DNA of 64,000 bases from Candidatus Uhrbacteria bacterium (GTDB lineage Bacteria; Patescibacteriota; Patescibacteriia; UBA9934), in NCBI GenBank assembly GCA_018673485.1, contig JABHCP010000005.1:102-64101 (forward strand). Reading direction: 5' to 3'. The notes beneath the pieces are model-generated. The model was not told where the DNA came from and did no database searches. It saw only the letters and a list, made by a program, of their open reading frames with translations. Shown in pieces: positions 60,568 to 64,000 of the stretch (the stretch's first letter is position 1; each line of letters opens with the position of its first letter). Made by a program: the position numbers and the translations under genes.

Positions 60568-61611
60568 ATGCGAATACTAGGAATCGAATCGAGTTGTGAC
60601 GAAACTGCCTTGGCGCTTGTGGTGGGCAAGGGTGACCAACTTAAGGTTGAGAACTCTACAGTGCTCTCTCAAATCCAAACTCATCAGCAATATGGTGGAG
60701 TGGTACCCGAGGTTGCAGCGCGCGAGCACCTAGCTGCGATTTTTCCTATGCTTGAGCGCGAGATTCCGTTTGATGGAAAAGGGATCGATGCCGTTGCGGT
60801 GACGTCAGGTCCAGGCTTGGCGCCGGCGTTGCGGATCGGAGTTGAAGTCGCAAAGACCTTGGCATGGAGCTGGGGCGTGCCGCTTGTTGGAGTTTGTCAT
60901 CTGGAAGGTCACATATACGCTAGTTGGTTGCCAAGGGCTAAGCGATTGTTTTTATTCTTGCCGCAGAAGACTCCAATATTTCCCGCACTTAGTCTTATAG
61001 TTTCGGGTGGACACACTGAGTTGGTGTTAATGCACGACCATGGAAGATTTGAGCGCATTGGTGAGACAATGGATGATGCTGCAGGTGAAGCATTCGATAA
61101 AGTTGCAAAGATGTTAGGACTTCCATACCCGGGTGGGCCACACATTGCGCGCTTGGCAGTGGGTGGTGATACAAAAGCATTTGATTTCCCACGTGGGCTT
61201 TTGGATAGAGATAATTTTGAGTTTAGTTTTTCTGGATTAAAGACATCGGTTCTATATACTTTGCGTAAAAATGAGGATAAACTTGAGAATGTTGAGTTTA
61301 GGCAAAACATCGCTGCGTCTTTTCAAGAGGCTGCGGTTGATGTGCTGACACAGAAGTCTATGAAAGCGATCGAGAAGTATAAACCTAAGTCGTTTATTCT
61401 TGCAGGTGGAGTCGCAGCAAATATTGAGCTGCGAAAGCGGATCAAAAAAGAAGGAACGCGGCGAGCAACTAAGGTATTTGTACCACCGTTTACCTATTCG
61501 GTTGATAACGCAGCGATGATCGCTGTCGCTGGATATTTCCGAGCACAGAACGATAAGAATTTCGTAGAACCTGAGGACTTGGCGGCCGACTCAAATATGG
61601 ATATTGTTTAA
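60568..61611 (+). CDS. tsaD: tRNA N6-adenosine threonylcarbamoyltransferase
   Basis: MRILGIESSCDET; Kae1/TsaD HxxH-type metal site; GGVAANIELR. Confidence 0.9.
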   Translation: MRILGIESSCDETALALVVGKGDQLKVENSTVLSQIQTHQQYGGVVPEVAAREHLAAIFPMLEREIPFDGKGIDAVAVTSGPGLAPALRIGVEVAKTLAWSWGVPLVGVCHLEGHIYASWLPRAKRLFLFLPQKTPIFPALSLIVSGGHTELVLMHDHGRFERIGETMDDAAGEAFDKVAKMLGLPYPGGPHIARLAVGGDTKAFDFPRGLLDRDNFEFSFSGLKTSVLYTLRKNEDKLENVEFRQNIAASFQEAAVDVLTQKSMKAIEKYKPKSFILAGGVAANIELRKRIKKEGTRRATKVFVPPFTYSVDNAAMIAVAGYFRAQNDKNFVEPEDLAADSNMDIV

Positions 61612-61653
61612 TTCACTCTGTCATTCCGTAATCACCCATCCAGAGGAGCCTAA

Positions 61654-61993
61654 AGGCGACGAAGGATCCCGTAGATATATGCACGACGATTATCATTTCG
61701 TATACATCATGACCAACACAAGGCACACTGTTTTGTATACTGGTTTTACGTCAGACCTAGCGAAGAGAAATTACGAGCATAAAGAAAAGTTGGTTGCGGG
61801 TTTCACGAAAAGATACAATGCGACTGAGCTTGTTTATTTCGAGTGTATAGAAGATCGAGATTCAGCCCTTGCTCGAGAAAAACAGATTAAAGGTGTTAGT
61901 AGAAATAAGAAAGAATTTTTAATTAATTCAAAGAATCCTGATTGGAGAGATTTATCTGATGACATACTGTAACGATCGGGATCCCTCGGCCGT
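61654..61993. mobile_element. ~340-bp unit: GIY-YIG ORF bounded by ~17-bp terminal inverted repeats
   Basis: Left ggcgacgaaggatcccg; right cgggatccctcggcc (reverse-complement match 10 of 11 in the core). Confidence 0.4.
61679..61972 (+). CDS. small GIY-YIG nuclease-family protein (YhbQ-like)
   Basis: YHFVYIMTN...LYTGFTSDLAKRNYEHKE...REKQIKG. The ORF-track start at 61604 (TTG) is also possible. Confidence 0.7.
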   Translation: MHDDYHFVYIMTNTRHTVLYTGFTSDLAKRNYEHKEKLVAGFTKRYNATELVYFECIEDRDSALAREKQIKGVSRNKKEFLINSKNPDWRDLSDDIL

Positions 61994-62028
61994 TTTTACG
62001 GCCTTCGGGATGGGGGGTTAAGTAATAT

Positions 62029-62454
62029 ATGAAACACGTTTCAAAAAGTGAACTTCAGACTAAAGAAATCGCAGCCAAGTTTGCTCGTAAACTTGCGGGT
62101 GGTGAATTTATTGAGTTGGTTGGTGACCTCGGTGCCGGCAAAACGGTTTTTGTACGCGGTATGGTTGAGGCGCTTGGTTCAACGGCACGAGTGAAGAGTC
62201 CGACTTTTACAATTATGAATGAGTACCCAGTGCAAGGTGAGCATGTAACCAAGATTGCGCACTTGGACTTGTATCGGTTTGATGATGAATCGCAGCTTAG
62301 CGCTTTAGAGCTTGAGGATTATATAAATGATAAGACTGTGATTTGTGTTGAGTGGCCTGATATTTTTGGTAAGTCACCATTTGAACCAACACACCGGGTC
62401 ACAATCGAGCACGTTGATGTAGATACTAGGGAGATTATTGTTAATGAATTATAA
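62029..62454 (+). CDS. tsaE: tRNA threonylcarbamoyladenosine biosynthesis protein TsaE
   Basis: P-loop GDLGAGKT; HLDLYR motif. Confidence 0.85.
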   Translation: MKHVSKSELQTKEIAAKFARKLAGGEFIELVGDLGAGKTVFVRGMVEALGSTARVKSPTFTIMNEYPVQGEHVTKIAHLDLYRFDDESQLSALELEDYINDKTVICVEWPDIFGKSPFEPTHRVTIEHVDVDTREIIVNEL

Positions 62455-62464
62455 CCACCCCTAG

Positions 62465-62535
62465 CCCCTCCTTAAAAAGGAGGGGGAATCAAGACTTCGA
62501 CCCTCCCCATTTTTAAGGGGGAGTTGGAGGGGGTT
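62465..62535. repeat. palindromic repeat copy E (divergent variant, two hairpins)
   Basis: cccctccttaaaaaggaggggg and ccctccccatttttaagggggagttggagggggtt; reverse complement aligns to the 38-nt element. Confidence 0.6.
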
Positions 62536-62537
62536 AT

Positions 62538-62825
62538 GTGCATATGAAATCAAACAAACAAAGTTTAAACGAGACATTATTGAACATGGCGGATATTGAC
62601 TCGGAGATTGAGTCGATTGATTTGCATGGAATGAATGTCCACGAGGCAGAGCTTGAGGTTGATCAATTTCTCGCCGACATGCAGTTTCGCAAGGAGCAGG
62701 TGGTAGAGATTGTCTGCGGTGCTGGAACTGGTGTGCTAGCTGACGCGATATGGGAGTTTGTACAAAAGCACCCAATGGTGCAACTTGCCAAATCCAAGGG
62801 TTCCAGAATATTTTGTGTTTTATAA
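62538..62825 (+). CDS. Smr-domain protein
   Basis: IDLHGMNVHEAELEVDQFL...IVCGAGTGVLADAIWEFVQKHPMV. Confidence 0.7.
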   Translation: MHMKSNKQSLNETLLNMADIDSEIESIDLHGMNVHEAELEVDQFLADMQFRKEQVVEIVCGAGTGVLADAIWEFVQKHPMVQLAKSKGSRIFCVL

Positions 62826-62873
62826 AATAGGTCTTATAAGACCTATTGGACATATACTGGCAGACCTATTCCG

Positions 62874-63003
62874 ACAAACAAAACAACCGCCACACCACTA
62901 ACCCATCCCGACGTCCAGGAGGGATCCACTGAAACAAAACAACCGCCACACCACTAACCCATCCCGACGTCCAGGAGGGATCCACTGAAACAAAACAACC
63001 GCC
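62874..63003. repeat. tandem 57-nt repeat (2.3 copies) ending in terminator hairpin aacaaccgcc...gcggttgtt + T-run
   Basis: Unit aacaaaacaaccgccacaccactaacccatcccgacgtccaggagggatccactga repeated with period 57. Confidence 0.75.
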
Positions 63004-63100
63004 TGAGAGAATGCGGTTGTTTTTTATACACTGAGCACCACGTGAGTGATGCGCATTGCATGTGCCCTCGGGTGAGGGCGAGAGAAGTGAAGGAGCTGAT

Positions 63101-63379
63101 CTAGTGGCGCATTGTGCGCAGCATCGCCTTGTAGACGAGCCATTCGCGCAGGGCCATCGCGAAGGCCTGCAGCACGGTCCAGGTGATGGACAGGGCGACG
63201 CCGATCATGGCACCGCTTGAGACCCAGACCACCAACGTTTCCAGGGAGTAGTTGGGTGCCATCAGCACTCCGAAGATCTCGCAGACGATCATGCAGATCA
63301 CCATGCCGATGAAGGCATAGGGATAGCTGATCTTCTTGAAGTACTTGTTGAAGAGGTTGCCAAGGGTCATCTCGGACAT
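63101..63379 (-). CDS. small membrane protein (high-GC)
   Basis: 92 aa, 2 TM segments; GGAGA Shine-Dalgarno. Shares the upstream motif aaactttggcggacgcccga with the next gene. Confidence 0.45.
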   Translation of the reverse strand: MSEMTLGNLFNKYFKKISYPYAFIGMVICMIVCEIFGVLMAPNYSLETLVVWVSSGAMIGVALSITWTVLQAFAMALREWLVYKAMLRTMRH

Positions 63380-63484
63380 GATGTCTCCGTTTTGAGTGAA
63401 AGTCCACCAAAGGCCATGATATTATTATGAACTTTGGCGGACGCCCGAGGTGAGTCGGGCAGTACGAAGTCGATGAGACGTTTC

Positions 63485-63682
63485 TTAGCGTCTCTTGAGG
63501 ATCGGGGTCAGGAAGGTACCTCCAAGTAGTACCATCAAAGCACCCAAGGTGCTCATGATGCGTGGGAACACGATGTTCCTGGGGTCGTTCACCTGCCACG
63601 AGAACTCGACGCCAATGGCGATGAGGCCGAGCAAGATGATGGCGAGCCCGACAAGGGCCCAGATACGGTTTTTCTTTTCCAT
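63485..63682 (-). CDS. small membrane protein (high-GC)
   Basis: 65 aa, 2 TM segments. Confidence 0.45.
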   Translation of the reverse strand: MEKKNRIWALVGLAIILLGLIAIGVEFSWQVNDPRNIVFPRIMSTLGALMVLLGGTFLTPILKRR

Positions 63683-63810
63683 CGATATTCCTCGTAGCCC
63701 TTTGATAGATGCTACTGGTTATAGGTCCGCCAAAATCCAGAATCAAGTTCTAAACTTTGGCGGACGCCCGACAGTTGCCAGGCGTGAGGAAGGAAGGGGG
63801 CGATCTCGCT

Positions 63811-64000
63811 AGAAGGGCCGTGGCCCATCGAGCTTCTCGTTCCAGGTGAGAAGGCAGGTCGCCAAGCCGATCGCCGCGAAGACTGCGCCCAGGGTGATCG
63901 TGAAGAAACCGTAGAGAACGGACTCCTTCAGGCTGCCACCACCGTTGAAGGCGATGAAGAAGCCGAGGGCGAAGGCCGCGATGATCGCGGTCTTGCCGAG
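63811..64000 (-). CDS. 3' end of a high-GC membrane-protein gene continuing beyond the window
   Basis: Open minus-strand frame with GC3-rich codons ending at the stop near 63811. Confidence 0.3.

Noticed and set aside
62461-62853. Minus-strand 130-aa ORF whose C-terminus reads NPLQLPLKNGEG
   Set aside because: It overlaps the Smr-domain gene on the plus strand and runs through the palindromic repeat copies. The peptide similarity simply reflects translation of the repeat, so the ORF is judged spurious.
62874-63003. Possible CRISPR array
   Set aside because: The repeat units are contiguous with no spacers (period equals unit length) and there are no cas genes in the window. This is a tandem duplication of a terminator region.

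Overview
The window reads as a low-GC (~38-40%) compact bacterial genome in the style of the candidate phyla radiation (Patescibacteria).

Part 1 - what is here. Core housekeeping genes: uvrA (5'-partial) and uvrC; a 16S rRNA gene with no adjacent 23S; five tRNAs (Gly, Phe, Ile, Pro, Glu); clpP, nrnA, smc (short, apparently hinge-less), recQ, trmD, truD, tsaD, tsaE and rpsP; a MurD ligase fused to a PP-loop N-terminal domain; a VKOR/DsbA oxidative-folding gene set; and a copper homeostasis cluster with copA. At least ten small high-GC islets (55-67% GC) are interleaved among these. Every ORF in them lies on the minus strand and is preceded by a host-type TTGACA-17 nt-TAnnnT promoter with an A-tract/T-tract spacer. 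Most are followed by a GC-hairpin terminator, which in several cases is one of a family of 3'-flank repeat modules.

Part 2 - what deserves a second look:
- a 38-39 nt palindromic repeat inserted in-frame into uvrA and uvrC, with three further intergenic copies;
- a ~450 aa PP-loop domain fused to MurD, which may be a MurL-like epimerase fusion;
- two small GIY-YIG ORFs in contexts that look mobile: one between 27-nt direct repeats of the 5' end of tRNA-Glu, the other between ~17-bp inverted repeats;
- divergent strong promoters driving two ORF-less transcripts between clpP and a CNNM transporter gene;
- several structured repeat families (~75-nt, ~90-nt, ~55-nt, a tandem 57-nt repeat, and ~115-nt modules flanking the copper cluster).

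Functional calls rest on motif-level reading by eye; no database searches were run.
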